Source: Paraphysomonas bandaiensis (taxonomy: Eukaryota; Protista; Chrysophyceae). From it: a stretch of DNA of 64,000 nucleotides. The stretch spans positions 1 through 64,000 of the forward strand of contig CBFFRP010000244.1 in assembly GCA_965644295.1 (NCBI GenBank), in the 5' to 3' direction. The notes below the pieces were generated by a model, which did not search any database, was not told the origin of the DNA, and saw nothing but the letters and a program-made list of their open reading frames with translations. Shown in pieces: positions 12,675 to 26,144 of the stretch; position 1 is the stretch's first letter; every line of letters starts with the position of its first letter. A program made the position numbers and the translations under genes.

Positions 12675-14305
12675 TGGAGCATTCTCAGTGTTGTATATTG
12701 TGCGTATCGTTTGCAATTGATTTTTCACTGTTGTAGATTGCGTTATAATTATTCGTTATATGTGTGTAGCTCCACGTCTGTCTTCAATCAGATATTCACG
12801 GTATTGTAATATCTAAATAGATCTGCATTTAATCTAGTAAGTTGGTCAGAGTGAATGCATTCACAGACAGTAAAGGGGATGTCTTACGATAAAGCTAATA
12901 GCAGTGATACATGTTTTCTGTTCTCGTCAAAAATTTTATTGATCGACCTACATAGTCCATAAAACGTATGACCAAATAAATTCTAGTAGAGTTGGACACG
13001 AATTACATTGGAAGAATTGAGAACAAAGAATATAAAGGAGTTCCACCACTCGACAATACGCCACACGAAAATGAGTAGTATGCGAAAACTTCCTGATATT
13101 TCAGGGTATAATTTCTTTTACGTTGAACTCACGCAATAATGATTTATTAAAATTATACTCAACATCTCTTAGCATTAATTTTCTCTCTACTACCAAACAT
13201 CAATCAGTATTATCATATATTAGATAATCACGATCTTGTGCAGTCAGAGTATTTTAGCTTCTCTAAAACAATTCATATCATTAATTTATGTACTACAGTT
13301 GTCAACTACTGTATATCTTAAAAAACAGATATAATTCGAATACCTTACTAAAGACAGCTTTTAATTGCATACTAATAGTAAATTCAACAATGGGCGAAGA
13401 CTCGGATTACTGTGCGCACAAGGGGTGATATGAATCAAAGCCCTTTATCCCCTAGCTAATGAAAATCTCTATGAGATATTGTACCAAATACGTGTTAAGT
13501 AGCTGCATTATCAATTTTTAGATCTATTCCCAGTGTAGTAATTTACATATATATAGTTAAAGAGATAATAATTTACACAATTCTAGATTTGTATATAACC
13601 AGAGATGGATAAAAGTATTTCTCGCAGCAATTGATCTAGAATTACTTAATATTGTGATGCCATCACAGATTTGAAAAATTTAAGAGCTATACCATCTACT
13701 TCTACAAGTTCTGCATAATTAAACAACAAAGTTGTGCACGTCATTACTACTCTCTGATATGGATAGCTTGGCAGCGCCATTTTTAGGGAAGTAAGTTTCA
13801 TTTAGCCACGCTATGTATAGTACAAGGAAATCTATGAGCTCAAATTATGCATCTAGTTAGAAAGCTCTCTTAACTTAGAATGCCACGATTATCATATATG
13901 CAGCATTTTGCTTTTTCCCCGCCGATATCTACCTACAGAAATGGCACACTCTCTGTAAAAAAACAATAAAATAGATTGACACTCGTACCTTCATTAGGAG
14001 ATTAACTCGAGGACTAAGTGCCGGCTTATAAGACACAACTACGACCACCAAGGCTACCAACATGAGGAGGTGACTACCCTTCCAAGTAGCTGAAGCTGAT
14101 GAGCCACCCAATATATAACACTTCACAATAGCTCTTCAACAACAATAACCCGTTGGAAGTCATACTACATACTACATGGCTCCCACTTGGAAGACACTGA
14201 ATAGACAACATTCCGCACTTTGAAAACAACATATAATAGTGGGAAAAGTTTTACATTTAATGCTCACGTAGGAAGCCAATATGAAATTGTAAAAAGACTT
14301 TATAC

Positions 14306-14331
14306 CCCTAACCCTAACCCTAACCCTAACC
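14306..14331 (+). repeat. Interstitial telomere-like (CCCTAA)4 tract
   Basis: ccctaaccctaaccctaaccctaacc. Confidence 0.7.
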
Positions 14332-14732
14332 AGATAATTTGCATTTTATCGTGTACTAGTGTTTTTATAAGATACATTAGAGGAGAATTATTCTGTGTAT
14401 ATGAAATATGAACTTATGCACTCTGATAGTGACTGATGAGGGGCTATCATATTACTTTCCTGATCTTATATACTGTACCGTCAAGCCATTTATTTCTATG
14501 CACTATGCAGTATTATTATTTTGGCGAAGATGCTTTGTTAGCCTCTCTTTAACCTATCAAACCAGTACCATCATCACTAATGAGAGTTGATGTCTTATAC
14601 CTAAAGCAATGACAAGACTAACAACTTCATCAGTCACTCTTGGAATTCGAAATCAAATAATGGTCATGCTATATTATGTATTACATTTAAATTTCCCTAC
14701 AACTCGTGTAACTAGAACGGAGCATATAAAGC

Positions 14733-15831
14733 TTACAAATCATCTAATTGACAAGCAGCAGTTTGAAGTCGCCCCAATTTTTCAGCCATTTCACGTAAAG
14801 CGTCTTCGACGATAACTCTGGCAGAGAGCGCGCCTGTTCCTTCCACAGTGAAAAAAAAACGACTCGATGAATGCTGCACGTCCACTGCGAGTTTATCCTC
14901 AGGGTTTTTTCGGTAATCTTCCAACAAGTATGTGCACTCTCTGCAAAATATACACTCCGACGGGTTTGATATCATCACAGTGCGCATAGTATCATCATAC
15001 TCAAACACCCCAGTCGGGCATGACGCTACAAGTGTTTGTTTCTGTTCATCGGAGAAGTCATTCAATCTATGAAGTGACAGTTAGAGAACGCAGTTGGAAG
15101 CAGTATAACATCAACTCACATATCTTCGTTGAGACGGATAACTGGGTGATATTTTAGTGCAACAGTGGCAACTGGAGACCATTTGGCATGCTCCTTTCCA
15201 ATACCCTTCTTGGCAATTGCTTCTAATTTTATACGTTGTCCTAATTTTACAACCATTAAATAGTAAATGACATTACTGGTGGCGCATATACCAGGTCCTA
15301 GTTGTAATATCACGATCCCTTCATCGTGGGATGTCTGCATTTCATCATCACTCCCAAAAAGTACTGCTGCCACGCCCGGGTCATCGCTTTGTAAATCTCG
15401 GGACGTAACTGATATAGCTAAATCTTGTTGGTGAGCAGGCTTCGCCTGAACCATTTTAGCGAAGTCACAATCTAATGTAAATTTGACTGAGCACTTTGGG
15501 CAATACTCATCACAATCACATTCATGAGTATACTTCCATTTCGACATATCGCGAGACGCATGCAGGGGAATTAATCCCAATCTGTGCGCTATGAATTCAT
15601 CCTAAAACAGAAAGTGGCGTCACTACATCGCAGAATAGAAACTCAATCTACCTGCAGCGACGTTGTATTTTCATGAAAGGTCACTAAATCAATGCACAGT
15701 GTCGGCACCTCTGCAATCATAATTCTCCTGAGCGCATTCGCCATACTGATATCAGTCTCTGATATTTCGAATGATATCATCTCTGGCTTCATGTCGTAGA
15801 TATGAACATTTGGAAATCGATTGTTCGGCAT
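14733..15831 (-). CDS. RPB3: RNA polymerase II subunit RPB3
   Basis: SMANALRRIMIAEVPTLCID...DEFIAHRLGLIPL; Zn site CDCDEYCPKC; KKGIGKEHAKWSP; FTVEGTGAL. Introns ~15602-15651, ~15241-15291 and ~15067-15119. Confidence 0.95.
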
Positions 15832-15985
15832 GCTCACTTAGTCTCACTAGATAAAAATAAATATTACGAAATGAGCTGCACACTGACACCGAACTAAATG
15901 ATGAACTACTCTGTGAGGTCTGAGTGAATACCCTTCACGATACAGCAAACATATACAGCAGTGTACCTCCCTACCTGTAGTAGTG

Positions 15986-16136
15986 TACATACATACATAC
16001 ATACATACATACATACATACATACATACATACATACATACATACATACATACATACATACATACATACATACATACATACATACATACATACATACATAC
16101 ATACATACATACACACATACATACATACATACATAC
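15986..16136 (-). repeat. (TATG)n microsatellite on the RPB3 sense strand (CATA on +), ~150 bp
   Basis: Near-perfect ATAC array ~155 bp upstream of the RPB3 ATG. Confidence 0.97.
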
Positions 16137-17422
16137 ACCAGCCGGTGTCCCTTTCCTCCTCATTGAGTTTGCAACATTGGGTTGGAAACGTACTCAAGCA
16201 TTGTTTTCTCTTGGCCTGGCCATTGTTGTATGTTACCGTAGTGTCTGTGGTTTTCCTTTTCTGGTATATGGGTTATGAAGGGTGGATTTCCTGAGACGTT
16301 ATGCTGTCTTGATCGCTGTCAGCGAAACTGGATGAATTAGATCTACCTCGACAAAATATCTGGTTAGGGTTACTGCTACATCACAGAATCTGGTGCAATG
16401 TCGGGTGTAGGGTGTAGTCTTATTTCCTCTGAACCGTGAGTTACGAGTAGCGAACAATATCTTGGTGATCCAGCATTGGTTTGTTAGTCTTCGATACATT
16501 TCCTTCACAGCGTATGTGGTTTCTCTTCTGTTAGGTATTGAAGCAGTGTGGCAATGTCAAGTATTATATATTTTGTACCTACGATACTATAAGTACCTAC
16601 GACTACACTACCCGAGTATTGGCGATATCGAAGTTAGTTGCACACTGGGTCTTCCTTATTGCGAGACACTACCAGTCACTGTCGACGACTCCGGGGAAGA
16701 TCAGTCTTCATTGAACCCGTGAAAAACATTGAAAAATCATGAAGATAATATGAAATATTAGCCAAAGAATATTTCCAAACACTCAGACGTATTCACTATA
16801 ACTACATACTGAGTGGATATATCTATTTGTTGTTTAACTACCCCAGCCGCGATTGTCAGATGCTGTTAGATATTTGTGATTGTTTTATCATTTATTGCAA
16901 ATATAATTTACTAGTATGTTATCTTCTTATACGCAATATCACGTATTCCATCATTCTCAACTATTCCTAAGATTCATCTTAATACAAGGTGGTATATTGT
17001 GAAATATAATGTTCAATGATATAACTGGTGTATGGATGGAAGTATCTCTTGAAGTTACTTGGTCGTCATCATAATAACCGTCATTGTCAGTTATACATCT
17101 AACTATTCCGTTTTGTGTGATAGTTATGTTCTACATTATTATTCACTCTTCTACAGTACTGTGTTCATCACTTTACATTCTAATTATCTTCTTATTACTA
17201 TTTCACTAAGCTTAAATCTGCATTACTATAAAGCAAAAATTCGTAGTTGTGGATACCTCTTCGAGAAGTATGGCGACTCTTTGAAAATCTTATCAAGCAC
17301 ATATTACCAAGACTCAAGGGTATATAAATAATTACTATTAGTGCAAGTAACACGCCTTTATAATTCAAGAACTTAGCACCTCATCTCTCTTTGTATACGA
17401 AAATAGACAAGAAAAAAATTCA

Positions 17423-18562
17423 TCATAAATCATGTAAACCAACTTGCTGTGCATACGCAGCTGTCAGTTTTGCCTCAGCACTATCTCTACCTAACAAGCG
17501 CACATTCCACCTGTGTGCGTCTTTAATATGTGCCTGAGCGAGATCTTTATAGCTATAATCATCTCCCAAACTCCTCGCAATATGAAACACAGCTATATGC
17601 GCCTCAGCCATATATCTCTCGCTCCATCCCACGCTGCTCTTCCGTTTTAAGCACCGGATCAAGTCCAAGGCACAATCCAGTGCCATATCAATCTCTCCTT
17701 CCTCAATGAGGGTCATGACATAACCTTCTAGGTGCTTCGCTTTGCATCGGAAAGAGTCATCTTCATTCAGGAAGCGTGGAGGCTGGGTAACACAAGTGGT
17801 CAGATGTCGGTTGGCTATTTCTTTATCATATGTAGTGCAGGTGGAGCACAGACAATGAAAACGATAATATTCCTGTAATTCACGACGCCTAGTTTCAGTG
17901 TCTTGTCGGAGCTCGATGTAACAATCGTTAAGTTCTTCTCCTGCTTCTATATTTCGACTTGCATATAGTACCTGCAATTGACCACATTAATGATACGCAT
18001 GTTGTGAGAACAATATTCAAACCTCCTCTTTTGTATCTGGTCTATGAGTCTGCTGTACGTTAGGAGTGCAGGAGTGATTTAGACGCGCTATTGCCTGGTG
18101 AGGTCGATGAGGGCATAACATATTAAAGCGAGGTAAACTACCAAATACATTCCACACGCAGGTTCTTCCGACCCCACCATATCGAATGAATTGGTCATGT
18201 ATATTCCAGCACACCGATCAGCCTCAGGAAACACATTTGCCATATCGAAGAACGCCTCTCTCTGTTCTGGTCATCATAATATCAACATCGATCATAACTG
18301 CATAGTGTTTAATACCTGCTGATAGTTGATCCACTTGAGATCGAATAGAATCAATTTGACTTGCATTGAAAGGATGCCAACCATAACACCATGTTGCCGG
18401 CAGCTCCGTACATATCAATTCTCCCGCACTGAAAGATCTGCTCGCAATTGCAACGAATCCCCTGCCCTCACGGGGCTCCAGGCGCCAAGGAGGGATGCTC
18501 CCATCATAACGAGCGTTACCCCAATAGGTCTCAATAACTTTATCAGGAGACGCCGGCTCCAT
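17423..18562 (-). CDS. SET-domain lysine methyltransferase (SMYD/SET5-like, helical C-terminal region)
   Basis: GRGFVAIASRSFSAGELI, ARLNHSCTPN, AGEELNDCY and post-SET FHCLCSTC. Three short GT-AG introns (~18269-18315, ~18096-18142, ~17972-18022). Confidence 0.88.
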
Positions 18563-19760
18563 ACCTATCGCTCCATGCTCCACAGTCCACTTACGTGTAG
18601 TGATGTAGTATAGCTACCATGTACACCGTACAAACTTCTGCCAATGTGGTATACTCCGACTACGATATATACACCATACTACAGTGTATGCTGTAGGGTC
18701 CCATCCCCCACTGGAGATCTCTGCTCTGGATGTATGTCTATACTGATGTGCAGTTATTCTACATAGTGTGGAGAGAGATCGTAGCCACATTGTTCGCATC
18801 CGTTGATGGCTACTGTAGCTGCACACAGCATAGTCATCACAGGGATGATATCAATGGAAGGGTAGTCGCTTGCACTGTATGTTCGCGGTATCATATATTT
18901 CGAAGGTACATGAAGCACCATTACTGAGTCATAGGTGCCGACTCCATGGTTCCCATGTAAATACTTCAGCATTCGACTAGCATAGTAGTAAAGTGACTCT
19001 GTTACGACTATTACTGAGTATAAAGAAGAGCAACTCCTTTGACGGGATATAGAATGACAAGACAATTTTATGCGATTACACTCATGCATACGTTGCTATC
19101 AATCATCAATGAATGAAATATTCACACCCCGCGTTGACGAGGAATTAGGTTTTGTATTGTACTCAGGGCTATGGTTAGGGATGTGTATATGTGTATATTA
19201 TGTTGTAATATATGTTGACTTACCCATATACACCATTGAAATATGCTTTAAACGATAGTGTCTGGTGTGAGATATGTGCGAAAAACTAATTTGAGAGTAG
19301 CTTCTACTAAATGCTAGATGCTGAATACATACTATATATTACATGTAATGTTTTACTCAGAATGAAATTAAGAAAGCACACAATTATATTACTGATTCGC
19401 GACTTCCATTATATAATAGCGGTTTTGAACACCTTGTTTACAATGTATAAGCTATCATACGGCAGAACCTACTCTCGATATACACAAACACTCAGGACAT
19501 ATTATAATGACCGAAATATATTTCACTGTAAATCTAGTAAAAAACACTTCTCGATATATATACTATATACAATAAGAAGCTATTCAGTTACTACATTGGT
19601 ATCAGATGGCTGTATATCATACATTATACTAATACAGTAATCACCAAAGTATATAAGTTTATTAAATTTTCCAGACGCGTGGCGTTTATTACACTACTTG
19701 CTACATCACCTACACCCTGATGTCAATCACACACATTATACAGCGGAAAGTTGGCATAGG

Positions 19761-20938
19761 CTAGCCCTGTGGCGGCCTTACAACATGTCTAAGTGGCACT
19801 ACTCGGTGAGGGGTCTGCCCTGTTTCATCGGCATCTCCCACAAACTGTAGAGTTACTGACGGTTCTGCACCCATTGCACTGCGGCGTGGTGCCTATTTCG
19901 TAGCATCCAATTACAACATAGACTCTACTACTAATAGTTCACCTACCTGCGAAACAATGGCTTGGTAGAAAGCTGTAGTGTCAGGGTACACCGCAAGCAC
20001 AGACTCCCCTTTGCTTAACTTCTTTGAACTTTCAGGTAGATCCAGTATGATAACCTGCGAATACGTTACATATCATCATATGGGGCTGTACACATAATCG
20101 AAACGTGACGACAGATATATACTGTGATATTCAAAATGTGCAGCATTCCTAACTATAACCAACAGAAAGCGACGTTCGCTTAACAATACACACAGTTCTC
20201 ACTGACAATTTCAGAAATATATTCTCACTGCACGTACCTGGCTCTCTGGAAGGACATAACGTTTACTGTCATCCGCATCTATGATGTCATAATAACCAGT
20301 GTCCATAGAATACGACTGCACACTGCATGTACAAAAACAGGCGTAGATGTTAGTAGCAGTCATGCGTAGATATGGTCTCATATACCTTCCCAGAATCCAG
20401 TCGCCAAACACTACAGGTTGTGCGGCCACCTGAAATAGACAGCAAACACGTCTCAGGTTTGAAACAAGATTATCATATCTAATCCAACTCACATCTTGTC
20501 CTTTTTGAGCACCAATAGACTCAAACTCGCCACTAGCTCTTAATAAGGATTCAAAAAGAGCATTATCAGTGTCCATTTTTCGGACAAACGATTCTACTAA
20601 CTCCAATGTTTGGCTGGCAATTGCGACTTTTTCGTCTATTTTTTGCTTCGCTTTTTCACGTAGTGAATTTATGTTCTCCATTTCGTGGCTTGGTTCTCCA
20701 GGGTTAGTAATTTTCTTCAAATTGATGTCTCGTATATATTGTTTCTGAAAGATTGCATGAAAGCTGAATATGAAAATCGAACAATTAGTACCTCTGCTTC
20801 TTCGCACTGTCTCAATGCCTCTGAGCCATCTCTATCGAGCTCTCTCATTAGCTCGAAGTTCCTTCTTACATCGTTTGGAAGGAGTTCTGTTGAGTTTACA
20901 AAATCCTCTAAGAATGTACTGCTTTCTTGCGTATCCAT
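19761..20938 (-). CDS. Chromatin protein with an ING-family N-terminal helical domain fused to an SGF29-type tandem Tudor domain
   Basis: N-terminus FLEDFVNSTELLPNDVRRNFELMRELD...DEKVAIASQTLELVESFVRKMDTD is ING-N-like. C-terminus VAAQ..DWILG..YDIIDADD...KGESVLAVYPDTTAFYQAIV...LQFVGDADETG...RVVPLRHVV is SGF29-like. Five GT-AG introns keep one frame to TAG at 19761. Confidence 0.82.
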
Positions 20939-21474
20939 TTAGCGCCTCTCTGTAGAAATACACAGCCGATGAGCTGAAAAATATAAGCTTCTAGGGCGAT
21001 ATGATATTTTAAACGCTAGAATGTTTCCTCAGTCCTATCAAACTAAAGAACGCGGTTCCTCATCATGCGGTGTGTACTCAGCAGTGAGGCTGAGTGACGA
21101 GAAGAGCATCATTTAAGAGGAGGTTATGTGATGCCTGCTTATAGCTTGAGCTGAATATACGGCACAGTATTTCACTGCACATGCTACCCAAATTCGAGCA
21201 TAGAATACATCTACTACTGCTGTATTTGGAGGGAGGTGGCTGGCTCTACATATACACGTATACCGTATACGGAGCGAGCCATATGATCGTACAGTGTATT
21301 TCTGCAGTATAAGTATATGGTATATGTGCTCCACATATTATATATGCACTGACATATACAGGCTGATATATACTATACAGACGATTGAACACACATCGCA
21401 GCAGCCTCGTCCTTCAGTAGTTATTGCTGTGCGTATCAACTTGCTTATTCATCTGGCAAGAAGTTATACAAGCC

Positions 21475-22181
21475 ATGAATGCTCCTCTGTATTTAAGTAG
21501 ATGGGGCAGACAGCTAGGCAGACAACTGCAGAAACCCATGCAAAAGAAAAAGCCCACACCAGACGCTAGCCAGAGATGGAACATTGTTACAGGAGACAAG
21601 GTCCGAGTCATCCAAGGCCCCCAAGAAGGACAAGAAGGAAAAGTACTTGCAGTTCTTCGGAAAAAAAATCTCGTTATTGTTGAGAACGTTAATATGGTAA
21701 AACTAGAAACGCAGCAGTACTCTTTGTGTTTATGTCTTTTTGCTATAAACACAGAGACGACGAATTGAAAAGCCTAAAAGCCCTGGAGACCCAAGAAAAA
21801 TTTCCATCAAACCCTGTAGCGTACACTATTCGAATGTGATGTTGATTGATCCAACTACTGGGTATTTATATTGTTGTTGGTGAAATTACCTGCGTTACAC
21901 TTATTGCAGGGAACCTACTAAAATATCTCGGCGCTTTTTGGAAGATGGAACTAAAGTACGAGTATCCAAAGCAACAGGCCACATTATCCCGAAGCCTGAC
22001 CCACTTGAGAATAGAAAGCTTCGCTCAACAGGTATTACCTTTCTGCTGTAAATGTCAATCATTTAATGCGATTTTTACAGTGGCTGGACCTAAAGACACT
22101 GCAACGGAAGATGTCTTCGAAGTAACGTTTGATGAGTATGAAAAGTATTTGCCTCATATTTATGCACGCTGGCAAGAGTAG
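21475..22181 (+). CDS. MRPL24: Mitochondrial ribosomal protein uL24m
   Basis: [24 protein letters not shown] (KOW), [35 protein letters not shown]. Introns ~21697-21754, ~21863-21909 and ~22032-22080. Confidence 0.92.
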
Positions 22182-23580
22182 ATGGTGTATTGCCGTTCCC
22201 ATGTATCCAAACTGCGCTGTGTTGCTGATGAGTTGTAAGTAATATACGCACTCCCATTGTTGACGTAGACCTACATTTAATGATCGAAGATATGTGCTTA
22301 TTAGTAAGTTCTTTTCCCGACACTTCTACTATGTAGATGTGGAGTATCAGAGAATGGAGGGTGAGATATGTATCTCATGTGCATATAGTTTATCTATTTT
22401 AGTTTACTTTAAGTTTTTATATTGCAAACATTTAGATAAAGCCGTCAGAGTGCACTGTATTCTTCATCCCACACATTCGCACTGCTCGACAAATTTCCTA
22501 ATGTAATAGAATATCGTAGACAGAAAGACCTGATCGATTAATCTTGCGAAGAATGATCAACAATTGTCACTATTGAATATTGGGCTATGTTTACCAGGGC
22601 TGCGTCGTATCAGTTTATTGTCTATTGAATGGCGCAGGTTGTAGTCAATTATAATTGCAATTATTACTTACTGTCGAAGTTTCAATTGTTTCTTTATTAT
22701 TAACTGCAATTATTTAGTACTAAACTATATTAGTTGCCTATATATTATTTAGTATTTAGTATATATCTACCTCAACTGTCATTTTATTTCTGAGGCGACC
22801 GTTCATGCGTAAAAACATAAGTAGTTCTAAATGCCGAGGAGTCATACTCTTGCGCACATCCGTTATAATATTAGCTCTAGTAGTGAACAACGTTTCAACC
22901 TTATTGGTTGCGACATGCAAGTGCTACATGCTGCGGTGTAGCGAATTTGCCCCCTTTAGCTGCTTGCTACGGGCTACGGGTCACCATCAATCAAACGTTG
23001 TCATTCTGAACTAGACTCTCACTGTCTCACTGTATCCATTCTCTTCATCCTCATCGAGCAAAAATATTCTAATTGGATCCTTTTTAGTGTGGACCATCAC
23101 AACCAGGAAAATTTGTGGACTAGTAAGGAAATTTTTACACAACAAAATTCGTGAATGTTGTGACTTGAAATTTTTTATTCTTGTGAGAACTAATCATGCG
23201 GTGCATCTAGAAGTGCATGGCTAATCTAAAACCATAGTACAATGCACAATGGGGTATAATGTATGATGTACACTTATTAACCGTCTTGTAGTCACTCCCG
23301 TTTTATTGTATTTTGTGACAATAGTCGGAATCAGGTAAAATAAATAATTGCAATAGATAAGCCCAAACCAACATCGAAGTAATTACTAGTTTGACAGTAG
23401 TTTTGAGAATGACAAATATTTGTTTTGTAAGCACTAGCCTTTTAATAACAAAGCTAGCTACGTCACCAATAGCAATAGTCATTCGCACAATACAAAAGAG
23501 AGATATCTTGAACTATAATCTCGGCTGCTTTGTGTAAATCAAGGTCTACCACATGAAGCAGGGGTAGTGTTAACCTGGCG

Positions 23581-24625
23581 TCACAACAAATCAGCATCAT
23601 CGCGAGAATTTGCATCCGAAGTAGGTGGTGCCGCGCTTTCCTTGTATGCCCTTATCACATCTCCACAGTTAGCGTCACTCGGTAGGTCTGTAAACCCAAG
23701 TATTTTCCATGAAACAAGGGCCCACACAACATTTGTCCAAGTAGAGAACAGCATATAACACATCGGTACCACCGCGGCTTCTCCTACATCGTCCTTGTCA
23801 AAACTAATTGCAATGATCGCCAGTGCTAACACAGCGTTCTGGACAGAAGTCTCAACACTAACCGCCACACATGACGGCTTGCGTAATCCAGCAAGGCACG
23901 AAAGGCCAAACCCAAAGAAAATACCACAGAAAACTTGTATAAAAGCAGCACCATATATTGCACCTGGGGCTGCATATATTGGCGTGTCTGATTTTGAGTT
24001 AGCAATCATGGATGATATCACGGTACCGACACCACCAATTGTGCCTAATTTTCCAACTACCTTTAGTGCTGTCTCACCCTTGCTGCCAGCAGTAGCTGCC
24101 CATTTTTTGATCGATATCCCACCACCCAAGCCAGCAACCACTAACAGTGCAGAGGCAACGATACCGATGTAATCAAGACTGACGTCATTCGATAGCCCTG
24201 TTACATTTACGTAGATGTAGACGTTCAGGGGCATCATAACGATTGCACCGAAAGAAGAAGCTGTCGTCATGGCAACGCTCAGGTCGATGTCAGCTCGACT
24301 AAGGAAGCAAATGATGTTAGACATGGCCCCACCAGGGCAACAACCAAGCAACACTAATGCAATGCGATGTATGTTCTTCAGTCCAAAAGCACCAGATACG
24401 GAGTACGCCTGCGGATATAGTTGTAATATAATGATAAGTTACGTAAAGGAGAATCATAGCCAGACTTACCAGGGGGGGCATCAGTATAAATTGACATATC
24501 ACTCCAATAACAATACCTTTCGGTTTCTTAAATTTCTCTTGAAAGCGTTCAACATTAACAGCAATGCCCAAACCGAGCATCAGTAGCAGGAGAAAGATCA
24601 AGTTCACAATGCTCACGATATCCAT
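23581..24625 (-). CDS. SLC10/BASS bile acid:Na+ symporter-family transporter
   Basis: MLGLG, QFILMP, GCCPGGAMSN, LSVAMTTASS and ETSVQNA motifs. One intron ~24408-24469. Confidence 0.9.
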
Positions 24626-25039
24626 ATTCAATAAGAGATAAATCGAACCTAACTCAAATTACTGTAACTACTATCTGGTTACGGTGTATATCCTGTTATC
24701 AATCCATGTATTATATAACGTTTGTGAAGTGGCTTTCGTTGCAATCCTGTGACAGCACAGCTCGAGCTCTCTCTGCTCTCCTGGCTCTGCTCTACTCTGC
24801 TCGAATGCATCCAAGTCTGTCAACTGTTTTTGGTGGAATACAGCAAATACAGCAAATACAGCCCTCACAAACAGTGTAGATATCTCTGAGTTGCATCCAG
24901 CAGAAGGAGTACCTGTGTTCGAGTACATAGGTACACATGAAATGTCGAGAGGTACACAGGCAGAGAGGATGTAGCGGTCATACATATAGAGGGCCGGGGC
25001 AGGCATATTAACCAGTCTACTGCTCCGTCACTGCTGATA

Positions 25040-25444
25040 ATGAGAGTAAATCCAGTCCGAATTGAGGCAATCAGACTGTATCGTGATATATTGCGTGCAA
25101 GTAAGTTGTTCACATGGAGGAACCCCAATGGAGAGATATGGTAGGAGGGCCTGGGCCTGTCTGTACATGCTGGTGGATCATGACTCACTTGTCTTGTAGG
25201 GGGGAGGTGCTCAAGGCTAATGCACGACACGAGTTTGAGCAAGCAAGATATGAGTCAGATCCTGAGGTAGTGACCCGTCTGCTTGTCGTTGGTCGAGATT
25301 CTCTCAATAAAACTATGGAGAAGGTGCGTAAAGGTGCACTTCAGTCCCAGTCGATTTATTTTCTGTTAGGTTGCTGCAAAGTCATCTGAAATTCAACAAC
25401 AACCTAACGGCACACCCGGCAGTCCCCCAAACAAGTGGAATTGA
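25040..25444 (+). CDS. LYR-motif mitochondrial protein (Complex1_LYR family)
   Basis: Spliced product MRVNPVRIEAIRLYRDILRASKLFTW...ARHEFEQARYESDPEVVTRLLVVGRD. Introns 25141-25199 and 25324-25369. Confidence 0.85.
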
Positions 25445-26144
25445 GTTATTTATTTCAGCTGTTTATAGTCTCGTAGTACATATTGTTAATTATATTTTTA
25501 GAGTGATATATATAAGCTTACTAGTAATACACACCTTTTTATACAGAAAAATTATTCTTTTGGGAACGTTTTGTCACCCATCGCAATGTTCATGGCTAAT
25601 ATATTGTGTGTTGTGAGAGTCAATGGTAAATATTGATGTATATTCGGGTTTATATATAGTGAGTATAGTGCAATATTATCCACCATTCACTACATAGCGC
25701 GACATTCACCAGTTGATTAAACACTACTATTATCGCCATAGAATGATAGGAACACACTCTTTCTAGTATTCACACTAAACAATAATACGGAAATTATTAG
25801 AGATTAGAGCTACTGACAGCTTCTACAGTAATTTGTCACGAAGAATACTGTCAGGTACGTTTATGCACGACGTATACAGAACTGTACTCCTGTGGTAAAA
25901 GTCGTGTAGACTAGGGTTAGTGGTCTATACATATCTATATTGAAAGTCTTATTATTTAGCAATAGGCGTTAAAAACCTGCACCAGTATAGTGGCTAGTTG
26001 AATGCTAGACATACTTGTTAGACCTCTACGCATAACTAATCAGCACAAATTCCATTATCCTACTGTTTAGCGCTACAGTAGTCTATACATATCTCACTAC
26101 TTTCTATTTAGAAGAAGCACTTGTGAAAGGGTAAGTATAACTAA

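Noticed and set aside
13121-13389. Possible ancient solo LTR related to family 2 (ctctactacca, acagcttttaattgc, ttcaaca end)
   Set aside because: Only short patches match; there is no intact TG start or TSD.
18614-19089. 111-aa and 70-aa minus-strand ORFs upstream of the SET gene
   Set aside because: No recognisable motif or convincing splice link; cannot be supported as a gene.
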